Assembly: GCF_006345805.1 (NCBI RefSeq)
Contig: NC_042998.1
Location: 32,116,001 to 32,180,000, forward strand
Source of the DNA: Octopus sinensis
Taxonomy: Eukaryota
Reading direction: 5' to 3'
Length of the DNA: 64,000 nt
Numbering within the stretch: the first letter of the stretch is position 1; every line of letters starts with the position of its first letter. The notes under the pieces were generated by a model. It was given only the letters and a program-made list of their open reading frames with translations, did no database searches and had not been told where the DNA came from. Both the position numbers and the translations under genes were made by a program. Shown here one piece after another: positions 1 to 12,977 of the stretch.

Positions 1-398
1 ATAAGAAGTGATATAACCAATTATATTTTAAAGTGATTTATGGCCTTTGATCTGCTTTTATCTTCTTTGTAATTCAATCAACATAATAATACTGTTCTCG
101 TTTCCGCTTTGTATTAACTCTTCATTTATGTATTCATTGTGTTACAAGAATATTTGAAGCTAGTTTTCTATTGGTTTTAAGACCATAAACCATTCTTATA
201 TAATACGTGAAACTGTGGTTTCCTGCTTATAAATATATATATCTATGTTTGTACGTATGTATGTATATATATACACACACTCGACTCGAGGCTATAGTAG
301 AATACTCTTGCCCAAGGTGCAACGCAGTGGGACTGAAACCTGGAACATAGTGGTTGGTAAGCAAGCTACTTATCACAGAGCCACTCCTGCGCATTTAT

Positions 399-442
<44 letters not shown>

Positions 443-1330
443 TCATATGGGGTGAGTGTATGTGGACGTGAGGGTGTGGGTGCTGGGTGCATGTGTGTGT
501 GAGGGCGTGTGAGCGTTTGTGTGTGTGCGTGTGTGGGCGAGTGGGCTTGTGTTTGTGTGTGAGTGTGTGGGCATATGTGTGTGTGTGTGCAGTGAAACTT
601 ATTCTTTAACCGCGATCCTATGACCGCCAGTCCGCTGCTCTAAACCACTGGGTCATTTCGCCTCCACACACACTGATACACACACACACACACACATATT
701 ATTAATAATAAAAAGTAATCGTATAAGTGACTAGCAAGCATAAAATAACCAAAAAGGTAAAATTATTAATTTTCAATCAGGATACCAGACAGTGCACAGC
801 ATTGCTAGAAGTAGCGGTTAAACGGCTCATGAACCAGAATAAACCACATATATACACACTGGTGAATTCGAGGAAAACAAGTATCTAAAAAGCCATCTTA
901 CCAATATATATATTGGCATGAATGCATATAATTATGTATGCATGCTTATGTAAAAGTTTCTAATTATGTTTTGAAAACCAAAGCAAATCACGGAATAAAA
1001 CATTCATTGTGCAGGTTAAGGATTTGTTCTTCCACCTAGTATGTCGATATTTCTTGTTTTGAATGATTTCTTTAAGAAATTAACGTAGAAATAGAAAAAG
1101 TTCTGCTAGCTGATATCGCTGCTCTGGACACAGATATTTCAGAGCACCGAAATTCGTTAGCAATCCAGTTTATCCATTGCTTTCCAGGAGTTCCATAAAC
1201 CTGAAATATTAAAATATTAGGTAAAAGTTCCGATCATCAACTTTATTATTTAGTTTTTATAACTTTCATCGTTATACTTTAGGAAAATATGATTGAAAAG
1301 ATGTATATATATCAGATAATGTCTCATGAA

Positions 1331-1363
<33 letters not shown>

Positions 1364-1514
1364 TGGATAATGTATGTATGATGTATGTATATGTATGCAT
1401 GATGCATGTATGTATGTATGTATGTATGTATGTATGTATGCATGAATGCATGATGTATGTATGTATGTATGTATGTATGCATGTATGCATGTATGTATGT
1501 ATGTATGTAGTATA

Positions 1515-1845
1515 CAGTGGCGGACTGGGTCTAAAAATATTGGTTACACGGAGACTAAGGGGGCCCACCCGTAACCACAAGGACCCACCCGCAATTACAA
1601 GTGGCCCACCCGCAACCGCAATGCTATCATTTATTTATTTATTTTGTTAAAGGTATTCTTTTCAACTATCTACAAACACAGCCAAGTTAAAAAATTAATA
1701 CATTCTTCCAGGAGTGAATAAATAATTCTCAAACTTGAGGAGATAGGCCCCTTAGATACTAACACGGGACCCCATGTATGGATTCTAACGGTGCAGGAGG
1801 CCACTTGCTATCGGGCAAGCTGGTAATCTGGCCAGTCCGCCACTG
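1515..1845. mobile_element. hAT-like MITE
   Basis: Perfect 14-bp TIRs CAGTGGCGGACTGG / CCAGTCCGCCACTG and three subterminal CCCACCCG repeats. The 8-bp TSD is not cleanly preserved. Confidence 0.72.
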
Positions 1846-1925
1846 TGTGTGTATGTATGTATGTATGGATGGATGTATGGATGTATTTACATATGTATAT
1901 GCATCTATGTATGTATATGTGTTTG

Positions 1926-1990
<65 letters not shown>

Positions 1991-2724
1991 ATGTATATGT
2001 ATATGTGCATACATGGCAGTATAATTCAGAACAACAGAAATATACAGAGGTTAAATAAACCTACAGTTATGCATTTGAAAGCCTTTTTAAACAGTGAATA
2101 TTAAAACGAAGCTAACACAAACCACTGTGCACTTAAGTACACGAAATTAATCAGAAATTTTGGGTCCAGATCCGTTTGAAATTAATTGTCCCATTACAGA
2201 TATACACTATTAATCTTCGGTCGCCCAGGGAAACATTCTACAATGGTTATTAAAGGCTGTTAAATAGTATGTTTCAAAATAGATGGTGTATCTGGGAAGA
2301 CCGTAAAATATTAAGCATAACCAAAGCATTACTTACATTCTTTTCCATGTAATTCTGAAAGAAAATCACTAATTACAAAACTCCGAATAAAAGAATTTAT
2401 GTTGATTCTTGATGACTCTGAGAAAATGCATACTGAACACAATTTTTCGGAATATTAAGATCTAGGTTTTGTATTTCTAAGTATCTAATTAGCTATACAG
2501 GCACTCATATATATATGCCACTGCCCAAGTGTATGCTTGCGTATTGTATATATGTATATATATGTGTGTGTGTTTGTGTGTGTGTGTGTATATATATGTA
2601 TGTATATACACACACACATATATACATTTACATACATATATATACATATATATATATATATTAGATATATATATATATATGTATATATATATGTATGTAT
2701 ATATATGTAAACATATATACATAC

Positions 2725-2759
<35 letters not shown>

Positions 2760-2905
2760 ATTAATAATATCAGGGTAATAATAATTTTTGAAATTTTGAC
2801 TATCAGTGGCTTAGCGTAAAAAGAAATCTGTCAATAGACTATATATTATTCATTAATATATATATACACATACGTTACATATATATATATATATATATAT
2901 TATAT

Positions 2906-3036
2906 ATTTATTATATAGAAGGAGCTTCTACAGGACTAGAACTGTTTCATTCAGAGAAATCTTCAGGAAGCTTCCTGAAGATTTCTCTTGAATGAAACAG
3001 TTCTAGTCCTGTAGAAGCACCTTCTATATAATAAAT
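2906..3036. repeat. 131-bp loopless palindrome centred on AAGCTT
   Basis: ATTTATTATATAGAAGGAGCTTCTACAGG..CTTCAGGAAG|CTTCCTGAAG..GCACCTTCTATATAATAAAT has one mismatch and one extra base. Confidence 0.95.
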
Positions 3037-3104
3037 TAATTTTACTCTGCTATGTATTGAGTACCTTATTTACTGTGGTTACCCCCGAATCAACCCGGGA
3101 CCTA

Positions 3105-3135
3105 CATAATATATATATATATATATATATATATG

Positions 3136-3195
<60 letters not shown>

Positions 3196-3401
3196 ATACA
3201 TATATATGTGTATATATATATGTATATATACGTATATATATATATGTATATACAGGAAGGTGTGTATACATACATATACACATATATGCATATACTTAAT
3301 ACAAATATACCATGTATATCTTATTTATAAACGTATATCTATATGCATTTATATCTATATATATATATATACAAAAGTATGTGTGTACTATATATATGTT
3401 A

Positions 3402-3451
<50 letters not shown>

Positions 3452-3834
3452 ATAAATATATACCAACATATATTTATATATGCTCATATGAATATGCATA
3501 TATATATATATTTATTCATATATAAGTATACATGCGTGCATATGTGTATGTGTTTACACATGTATGCGAGTTTGTATCGGTGTAGGTCCGGTAATTTATT
3601 CTTGCGAGTTTGCTATGTACTTTATCTGAAATGGCAATGCATTCAGGCAACAATAACTTATGAAAGCAAAATATAATCAGTGAGGAAATCAATAATTGTC
3701 CAATTTCACCCTCAAAATATCAAACAAATAATAACGATGAATAATCAATAGCACAATAAACATTACATTTGTAAAAGTTAGCTGCAATGTTGGTTTTTAT
3801 ATATATCTACAGATTTCAATATGTACCTATACAC

Positions 3835-3880
<46 letters not shown>

Positions 3881-3905
3881 TATATGTATATATTTGATAT
3901 ATATT

Positions 3906-3947
<42 letters not shown>

Positions 3948-4248
3948 TATATATATACTATATATATATACATATATACATAATATATATATATATATAT
4001 ACATAATATTTACATATATATATATATATATATTATATATTATATATTTACCTATGTATATGTATATATTTGTATTTGCATATGTATGTATGTGTATACA
4101 CACACATATATCTCTCTGTCTATCTATATACATCTATATTTATCTATCTATCTATCTATCTACTCTATCTATATATCTATCTATCTGTCTGTCCGCCTGT
4201 CTGTATGTATGTATATATGCATGTATATATATATATGCATGTATGCAT

Positions 4249-4290
<42 letters not shown>
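3105..4290. repeat. Compound (TA)n/(TATG)n/(TCTA)n microsatellite field
   Basis: Representative of many such fields, e.g. 1335-1510, 1926-1990, 11270-11415, 17520-17990, 18660-18830, 33840-33990, 41530-41680, 45850-46065 and 53090-53180. Confidence 0.95.
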
Positions 4291-4293
<3 letters not shown>

Positions 4294-4302
4294 AAGAAAC
4301 GC

Positions 4303-4470
4303 AGGCGCATGAGTGGCTGTGAGGTAAGTAGCTTGCTTACCAACAACATAGTTCCAGGTGCAGTCCCGCTCACTGCGTAGCACCTTGGCCAAGTGTCTTC
4401 TACTGTGGCCTCGGGCCGACCAAACCCATGTGAGTGAATTTGATTGACGGAAACTGAAAGAAGCCCGTCG

Positions 4471-4501
<31 letters not shown>

Positions 4502-4700
4502 TTGTTCCCAATCATCGCTTCACAACCGATGCTGGTGTGTTTAGGTCCCCGTAACCTAGCGGCTCAGCAAAAGAGTCCGATAGAATAAGTACTAGGCTTA
4601 CAAAGAATAGGTCCTGGGATCGATTTGCTCGACTAAATGTGTTACTCCAGCATGACAGCAGTTAGATGACAAAGAAATAAAATAATAAAAGAAGAAAGGA
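4303..4700 (+). mobile_element. tRNA/CORE-type SINE with internal (TA)n/(TG)n and Nin-like tail
   Basis: Head GCGCATGAGTGGCTGTGAGGTAAG.., core CACCTTGGCCAAGTGTCTTCTACT, tail GATAGAATAAGTACTAGG. Partial copies occur at 276-391(-), 10655-10876(-), 16065-16310(+), 40930-41080(-) and 49570-50036(-). Confidence 0.82.
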
Positions 4701-5002
4701 ATATATATACACATTGGCCATTGTATATATCATTGATATTGTTTCAGTTCCTTCTTGGATGTACGTATTACAATCCTCAACTGAAATGCTGTAATTTTAC
4801 AGTTGCCTTTCAGACTGATAGAATAGAATGGTAGAATAGTTAGAATATGGTGAAAGTTTCACCTTTTTCCTGCAATATCCCTTTACCTCATGAGTTTCAA
4901 TACCCCTAATGTTATATTTCCCTTATGAGTCAGTTAGAAGCAATTTACTGCTCTTCACCTCTCCAAAATTCGATGGGACTGTTCAACTCTCCATGGTCAT
5001 TA

Positions 5003-5045
<43 letters not shown>

Positions 5046-5662
5046 CATTTAGCTACTAAGTTTGCTTTATTTGAATATTAATATCGCTGCAAACATCAAA
5101 GTAATAACATAAATAAGTAACTTCTGCTTTTAATCCTGTTATATATGAATATATATTATATATCATATATTATATTATATTATATACATATATATATTTA
5201 TATACTTGCACGTGTGTGTATAAGCAAATGAATACTAACAGGCGATGGATAAATGTCAGTTTATTACAGTTGTTTCTTACGCATTTTTAATAGATGAATG
5301 AGTGCATTTCATCATTGCAAAACAAAATAATAATAAAAATAAATAAACAAAAACCCAGTGTTCATCAGATGATACATATAATTTCAAAGTACTATAGGCG
5401 ATAAATACTCGTAGAGGAGGTATCTCTGTGTGCACAACCTGAATATTTTAGTGGATATATATTGAAGTAATGGTGGTGATCACAAGTTAACTCAACCGTA
5501 CCTGGTGCATATTATTCACTTACCCGATTCTCTCAAGAAGCATTATTATTATTATTATTATTTTTCAGTAGTATATTTTTTATATCGTGCTTTCACTTCA
5601 CTACCGAGTGCAGCTCTGTGTGCCTTGGGTATGTGCTGTGATTTGGTGTGATGCTCTGATGG

Positions 5663-8600
5663 TTATTGTCTGGAAAGTGTTCTGCGTAGGATGTGTGCGG
5701 TGCCTAGTAGTGCAATTTTCTGTATGTTATATGTGTTTGTAAGTCCTGGTGTCTTTGTTACGTATTTGTCAGAAAATGTTTTTATCATGCCTAATGCACA
5801 TATTATGATAGGAATTGTTTCTGTTTTTAGATTCCACAATCTGGTTACCTCTATTTCCAGGTCTTTGTATTTTGAAACTTTCTCCATTTCTTTTAGAGAC
5901 ACTTTGTCATCCGCTGGTATTGATACATCAATTAGAAAACATTTTTTTTCTTCATGATCTCTGACAACTATATCTGGTCTGTTGGCCTTAATTTCTCTAT
6001 CTGTGTGTATTGGCATATCCCAGAGTATGGTTGCCTTCTCGTTTTCTGTGACCTTTTTTGGTGTGTGCCTATACCATCTTTTTTCTGTTGTTATTCCATA
6101 ATGGTGGCATAGCTTCCAGTGTATATAGGTCCCAACTCTGTCGTGTCTGTGAATATATTCCTTCTTAGCCAGGACTGGACAGCCAGAGATAATATGATTT
6201 ATTGTTTCTTGTCCATCTCCACATATTCTGCAGTTACTTGTTATATTTCTTTTCATTACATGTTTTTGGTAATTTCTGGTGGGGAGGCTTTGGTCTTCTG
6301 CTGCAATTAAAAATCCTTCTGTCTCTGCTTTGAGTCCCGAGCTTCTCAACCATTGTTGGGATGTTTCTTTGTCTATTTCTTTTGCATTTAGTTTAGTCCA
6401 GTATTTGCCATGAAGGGGCTTTTCTTGCCATCGTTTTATCATGGTTCGTTGCTGTTCTATTTTAGTTTGGATTTCATTTGTTTTATAGCTTTTGTTGTTT
6501 CTTCTTCTTCTTTTCTTCTTCTTCTTCTTCTTTCTTCTTCTTCTTCTTCTCTTCTTCTTCTTCTCTTCTTCTCTTCTTCTTCTTTTCTTCTTCTTCTTGT
6601 TCTTCTTCTTCTTCTTCTTCTCTTCTTCTTCTTTTCTTCTTCTTCTTCTTCTTCTTCTCTTCTTCTTTCTTCTTCTTCTTCTCTTCATATTTGTTAGGTG
6701 GTATGATTTCTTGTTTCTATTTGTCAGCTTCCTTAAATACTGAGAACAGTTTTTTGTTTTGCTCGTGTTTTGCCGCTATTTGTATCAGTTTTCCTTCCTT
6801 ATGAAGTAGATATTTTTGCAGTCCTACGGTGGTTATTTTATAGTAGTTTTCCAGCTGTATAAGGCCTCTACCACCATCTATACGTTGTATATATAGCCTT
6901 TGTATGTCAGATTTTGGGTGATGCATCCTAGATCCTGTCATTATTTTTTTTTCCTATCTATTTTGGTCAGTTCATTTAGTGTCCAGTTAAGGATATTGTA
7001 GCTGTAACTTATAACTGGGACGGCTAAAGTGTTGATACCTATTATCTTGTTTTTAGCTTTGAGCTCTGTTTTCAGTATTGATCTAACTCGTCTATAATAT
7101 TCTTTTTTTATTTTCTCTTTCATTTGTGTGTGTTGTGCCTTATCTAGTTCATGGATTCCTAAGTATTTGTAAGTTTGGCTTTGGTCTAATTCTTTTATTT
7201 CATTGGTTTTATCTAGTGTGATGTTGCTACTCTTAACTAGTTTTCCTCTTTTCAGGGTTACTTTGGCGCATTTCTCTAATCCAAATTTCATATCTATTTC
7301 TTTGGTAAATCCATGAACTGTCTTTAGTAGTGTTTCCAGCTGTTTGTTATTTGTAGCGTATAGTTTTAGGTCATCCATATATAAAAGGTGGCTGATATTT
7401 TTGCCGTAACATTTATATCCGCATCCAGTTCTGTTTAGCATATCCGATAGAGTTGACAGTGCCAAGCAGCAAAGGAGTGGAGAGAGCGTATCTCCCTGGA
7501 ATATTCCTCTTCTAATGGGGATGGCTTTGGTTTTCACAAGTCCCTCTTTTGTTTGCAGCTGTAGTACTGTTTGGCATTTATTCATAGAGTGTCCTATGTA
7601 CTTTATAATTGTTGGTGCAACTTTGTTCATGGCTAGTGTTTCGAGAATCCATGTGTAGGGGATGCTATCAAACGCCTTTTTGTAGTCGATCCAGGCCATA
7701 CTGAGGCCTTTCTTCTTTCTGTGGCTGTCTTCAGTTGTTGCTTTATTGATCATTAGTTGATCTTTACAGCCATATGAGCCTCTTCGGCATCCTTTCTGCT
7801 CTTCTGGAAACAGGTTGTTTTCGTCCAGGTGCTTGTTCAATCTTTGCGATATTGCTGCAGTAAATGCTTTGTACATTGTAGGGAGACAGGTTATAGGTCT
7901 GTAGTTTTCTGGTTTTGCTGTCTCATTTGATTTGGGAATTAAGATGGTTTTCCCCTTCGTGAGCCACTCAGGCATTGTCTCTGGCTCTGCTAGTATGTTG
8001 TTAAAATTTTCAGCCAGCTTTTTGTGCATTCCCGTTAGATATTTGAACCAGAAGTTGGGGATCTTGTCATGCCCAGGTGCCTTCCAGTTGCTTAGTCTTT
8101 GCAGTGCCTGGGTGACTTCTTCAGTTGTTATGGGTGTCCAAAGTTGCTCAGATGCTGAGTTTGTTGTTTTAATACTCCTTTTTTTTTGTTGTTCGTTCGC
8201 CGACCATATTTCTCTCCAGAATTCTTCCACTTCTTCTGCCTTTGGTGCTGCAGTGATTTCTATTTTATTTTTGCCAAGTTCTTGTTAGAATTTTTTGGGG
8301 TTGGAGTTGAACTTTTTGTTTTGTTCAAAGAAACGTTGGTGTTTCTCGTACCGGCGGATCCTTTGTGCTTTAGCAAAGATATATTGCTTTAGCTTTTCTT
8401 TTATCTCAGGTAAATCTTTTTCTGTGGTGTTGTATTTGCGGAGTATTTTCGTTTTCTTTTTGTTGCTCAGTAGCGTTGATTATCTACTGATTTCATTAAG
8501 AATCAACAGATCTTTTCTCATTTTTGGTATTTTGTTTTGGATGTTATTTATCCACAGGGTTTGTTTGGGTGGCGGTACTCCTGTTTGGATGGGTTTGAGT

Positions 8601-9544
8601 GAGTATCCAGCTTCTTTTGTGGCTGCAGTGGCTGCTGCGTATACTAAGTCATTTAGCTCAGTGATATCGCTTTTTCTTTCAGTGGCTATTAGTTCTGTGA
8701 CGGCTAGGTTTATGTTGTTTATAATTGATGTTGTTGTTTTGTTTATTTTTATTTTTGGGAGGTATTGTCCGTGGTCCATTTTGAGCTCTGTGGCTTTCAG
8801 TTCTTTGATTATTCTACTTATTATAGTTTCATAATCATTAGGCTCCCCTTCGTTGTTTCCAGGTTTTAGATTTGTGTCGCTTTCTATCTCATCCGTATGT
8901 TTGTTTGTCGTGTTTTGGCTTGCTATTTGTCGTGTATTATTATGTATCTTTACGGTCTGGGTTTGTTGTTTTTTGTTTACATCGTTTTTGTTGGAAATGT
9001 TACGTTTGTCTTCGTGCTTTACTGTTTCAGTGTTTATATTATTTGGCATTGTTGTGTGGTTTCTATCTACATTTTCCTGATGTATTTTTTCTTTTAAATG
9101 TTCTATTTCTATTTCTGATATTTTTTTTGCGTTGAGAAAATATCTCCGTATATTTGCTAGTTTATTAGGGTTCATCGTTGTATCCAGGTCTTTATTTATG
9201 TTATTTTTCTTCCATATTTTGTATGTATGTGTTGTTGTATTTTCATTCTTTGGGTAGAGCACTGCTGTAAAGTAAGCGTGTAGGATAGAAATGTATTCCT
9301 CACGTGTCCATTTATGTCTTTGGGGTTTAATTTGCGAGACATGAGGAACAACGTCCGGCCCATTATTTTGACGGTCGTCATTTTCGTAGGGTACCGGTCC
9401 ATTCATTTCTGTTGTCACATTGTTTTGCACGTGTAGTTTTTCGTACATTTTATGTTGTAAGTTTACAGTACGTACCTCCCGAATGTTATTCTTGGGTTGA
9501 ATAATATCGGTATTATTTAATTTATTCGTAGATTTTTTGTACAT
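5663..9544 (-). pseudogene. RT-RLE polyprotein pseudogene of the Dong/R4 element (~1290 codons)
   Basis: Track ORFs 8480-9544, 6941-8230, 6717-6941 and 5663-6688 are collinear parts of one protein. They are broken by frameshifts (~8470, ~6945, ~6460), stops (~8287, 6717) and a (GAA)n expansion. Confidence 0.92.
6495..6688. repeat. Interrupted (TTC)n/(GAA)n microsatellite inside the Dong ORF
   Basis: Directly visible ~190-bp TTC-dominated tract. Confidence 0.97.
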
Positions 9545-9823
9545 AGCGTTTGGGGCCGGAGATCATCTGGTGTTGGTGGATCGTAATGTATCAAGCATGT
9601 TTACATGTGTTGTGTTAGAGGTGGAGATGATATCGAGTTAAAATACATCATTTCGTTTTGAAAATAGTAATAAATTTCAATGAGTATTACTTACTCGGAT
9701 ATAGTCCAATCCTTTGTCAGTTATTTTTAGCTCCATGCGATGTCTTTGATTCTGATGTTTGTGGATAGATTTCGGAGCACTGCTTTATCGCTCTCACATG
9801 TTTAACGTCCCCGGTGTAATCTC

Positions 9824-9835
9824 TTATTATTATTA

Positions 9836-9890
<55 letters not shown>
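9824..9890. repeat. (TAA)n microsatellite, 5' flank of the Dong element
   Basis: Directly visible; a shorter (TAA)n at 5541-5561 lies at the other end. Confidence 0.97.
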
Positions 9891-10950
9891 GTGTATATGT
9901 ATGTATGTATGTATGGAAGGATGGATGGATGGATGGATATATATATATATATATATATATAGTTCAAATTTCCAGAAAAACAAAAGACGAAGAGAGGTGC
10001 TTTGAACAACAAGCAGTTGTTTTAGTTTGACGCTCGGAAAAGTGAAAAAGACTTTTGCGTCTGAAGCCTACGCTCTTCAATTGAGAGGAATAACAGAGAA
10101 TAAACAGAAGAGAATATATATATTAGTAATTAATGGTGCTACAAGTTGCCCCAACAAGCTAAAAATAGCAGTCTGAAGATGACTACTACCACAAATTTTC
10201 TCTGATACACTTTAACTCAAGTAGGGAAAATGAATAGAAATTCTAAGCCCCCGTAGCAACAGCGAAAAGAATCGGTCACCTATTTAAATTTGCTGCGGCT
10301 TTAAAAACGATCATCGCACAGATGGTTGAGATGACAAGTTTTCTATGACGCTGAATCAGTAAGACTCACTGAGGATAATTAAGTGACCTTTTCACAAAAT
10401 TTGAAATCGTGGTGATAAAGAACTGTCCGGTTTTTCAATTTACGATTCTTTTTGTAATTTGTACATGGGCTTAGAATTTCTGCTCATTCTACCGATTTTA
10501 ATTAACGTGTATTTGTGAAGATTTGTGGGTGTAGTCGTCTAGGGACTGATATTTTTAGCATGCCAGTTTTACTTGTAGCACCGCCTTTTAGTCAAAGAAA
10601 TCAACCCCTAGACTTATTCTTTCTAATCCTAGTAATTTATATATCGTGCTCCTCTGCCAAACCACTAGTTTACGGAGACGTAAACACCACAAACATGGTG
10701 GAGGGGCAAGCACACATAAATATATACGACGGGCTTCTTTCAGTTTCAGTCAATCAAATCAACTGACAAGGCTTTAGTCTGCCCGAGATTAGAGTAGGCA
10801 GCACTTGCCCAAGGTGCCTTGCAGTGGAATTGAACCCAGAACCATGTGGTTTGTAAGCAAGCTTCTTACCACACAGCCAGAATTTGTCTTCGGTTTGTCT
10901 GTAGCGTCGAATGTTGTGTGTGAGTGTATATATTTATATATGTATCTACT

Positions 10951-11266
10951 GAGGCCCCTCTTTCTGTCATGACTGGCCATGGGATTGCATCTAGGAAGTT
11001 ACTCTCCAAGGCACAAGTCCGGGCAAGGTTGTTTATAGAAGACCACCCTTCCCTCTCCATGCCACCAGTGTTATCCAACGGAAAGGCAAAGGCCAAAACA
11101 GCTTGGCACCTGTGACGTCACAACTCATTTCTACAGCTGAGTGAACTTGTGCAATGTGAAATAAAGTGTCTTGCTCAAGAACACAACACGTAGCCCGGTC
11201 CGGGATTCGAACTCACAACCTAACGATCGTAAGCTCGACGCTCTAACCACTGAGCCATGCTCCTCC
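10951..11266 (-). mobile_element. Full-length tRNA-derived CORE-type SINE
   Basis: A box TGGCTCAGTGG (11247-11257), B box GAGTTCGAATCC (11203-11214), then a CORE-like GTGTTCTTGAGCAAGACACTTTA and a 3' body. Confidence 0.85.
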
Positions 11267-11304
11267 ATGTATATATATATATATATATTATATATATATA
11301 TATA

Positions 11305-11335
<31 letters not shown>

Positions 11336-11342
11336 GTATGTA

Positions 11343-11415
<73 letters not shown>

Positions 11416-12212
11416 GATTGATTCTAGTTTCAGCTCACGAGCTGTGGCCATGCTGGGGCACCGCCATTTATATATATATATGCATATGCAGAATTCGGGA
11501 GTGTAGATTGCGCCCTACAATTGTAAAATAGTAGAGAAACTTTGTGATGATAATTTTTTTATGTCCTTTAAGAATTGATCATTCAGGTTAACAGAACGTC
11601 ATTTTGGAAGAATATATTGCAAAGCAAAGAATTATCATCCAAATAATAAAGCAGTCACTAGAACGACTGAAAACATAATTTACAATTTAGTATTTATTGC
11701 CTCATAAATGTTTTTCAATTTATCGACGAAAGTACTTTGCATATAGATGAAGCTGTCAATCCAAAGCAACAGAAAGAGAAGCAACGATTTTTACGTTTAT
11801 TCCTCTGTGATTGACAGCTTTTTAATGCTATAGCGAATCAGTATATTTATATATGTAATTTAACGCTGAACCTGATTAACGCTTCATTGCGTGTGGATAA
11901 ATCGTAGTTTATGTGAAAGAGTAAATATTGACAGAACGAATGAATTAATCTTAAGTAAGACAACACCTGACAAGAAAAGCACTTTTGGTACGTAGCTGTC
12001 TGCATTTCTTAAACTAGCAGCCGAATCTCCCACAGAGAGAAGGACACATTCTGTCGTATAAGGGACACATTCTATCATATTGAAGGATACAATTTAACAA
12101 CAAAAGGGGCCCTCTAGAATGTTTTGATTATTGGTTTATGCGATCAGGATAAGTCTACGGCTAAACAACAAATTCTTACAAACATACATACAAGCATGCA
12201 TACATACATACG

Positions 12213-12290
<78 letters not shown>

Positions 12291-12294
<4 letters not shown>

Positions 12295-12505
12295 GTTAGC
12301 ACGCCGGACGAAATGCTTAGCGGTATTTCGTCTGCCGTTACGTTATGAGTTCAAATTCCGCCGAGGTCGATTTTGCCTTTCATTCTTTCGGGGTCGATAA
12401 ATAAAGTACCAGTTACACACTGGGGTCGATATAATCGACTCAATCCCTTTGTCTGTCCTTGTTTGTCCCCTCTATGTTTAGCCCCTTGTGGGCAATAAAG
12501 AAATA
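12291..12505 (+). mobile_element. Nin-domain SINE, same subfamily as 23261-23491
   Basis: Same body; tail TAGCCCCTTGTGGGCAATAAAGAAATA is followed by (TACA)n. Confidence 0.85.
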
Positions 12506-12525
12506 TACATACATACATACATACA

Positions 12526-12556
<31 letters not shown>

Positions 12557-12768
12557 GCATATATGCATAGACACCGAAGCTGGCACTCCATCGGTTACGA
12601 CGAGGAGTGTTCCAGTTCATCTGATCAACAGACAGACTGTTCGTAAAATTAACGTGCAAGTGGCTGAGCACGCCACAGACATTTGTACCCTTAACGGAGT
12701 AAGGGTACACAGACACGCACACACACACATTCAAACACATTCACACTCGCACACACACACACACACCA

Positions 12769-12815
<47 letters not shown>

Positions 12816-12977
12816 ACTCGCATTCGCATACACGCAGAGACACATACACACACACATGCACAGACCTCGTCAAGCATTTTTATTCTGCTCAATACAATAA
12901 AAGTTGGAACACTGCACTAATCAAAAGACGAAAAAGATGGGTAGAAGACAGTAATGAAATACGTTGATATAAACTGT

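Larger units (their letters stand above)
5562..9823 (-). mobile_element. Full-length, disabled R4/Dong-clade non-LTR retrotransposon (single ORF: N-terminal Myb-like region, RT, CCHC, restriction-like endonuclease)
   Basis: Minus-strand ORF pieces give RHKWTREEY (N-term), WKAPGHDKIPN, NYRPITCLPTMYK, WIDYKKAFDS, GIFQGDTLSP, YMDDLKLY, YKYLGI (RT), CRICG..ETINHIISGC (CCHC) and RPDIVV..IDVSIP..EKVSKYKDL (PD-(D/E)xK RLE). A ~100 bp 3' UTR ends in (TAA)n at 5541-5561 and the 5' end abuts (TAA)n at 9824-9890. Confidence 0.93.

Noticed and set aside
1045-1215. Possible coding exon (acceptor-like sites on both strands; plus frame EINVEIEKVLLADIAALDTD..)
   Set aside because: No recognisable domain, no convincing partner exon, and both orientations are equally plausible.
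1560-1620. Three spaced CCCACCCG repeats (and the 29370-29655 units) superficially like CRISPR
   Set aside because: Eukaryotic context, no cas genes and no unique spacers; they are MITE subterminal repeats and a minisatellite.
6410-6804. Poly-Ser/Leu/Phe ORFs on plus and poly-Lys/Arg N-terminus on minus
   Set aside because: These are readings of the (TTC)n expansion inside the Dong element.
11190-11266. tRNA-like sequence with perfect A and B boxes (also 57070-57140)
   Set aside because: It continues into a SINE body and lacks a proper acceptor stem and terminator, so it is a SINE head, not a tRNA gene.
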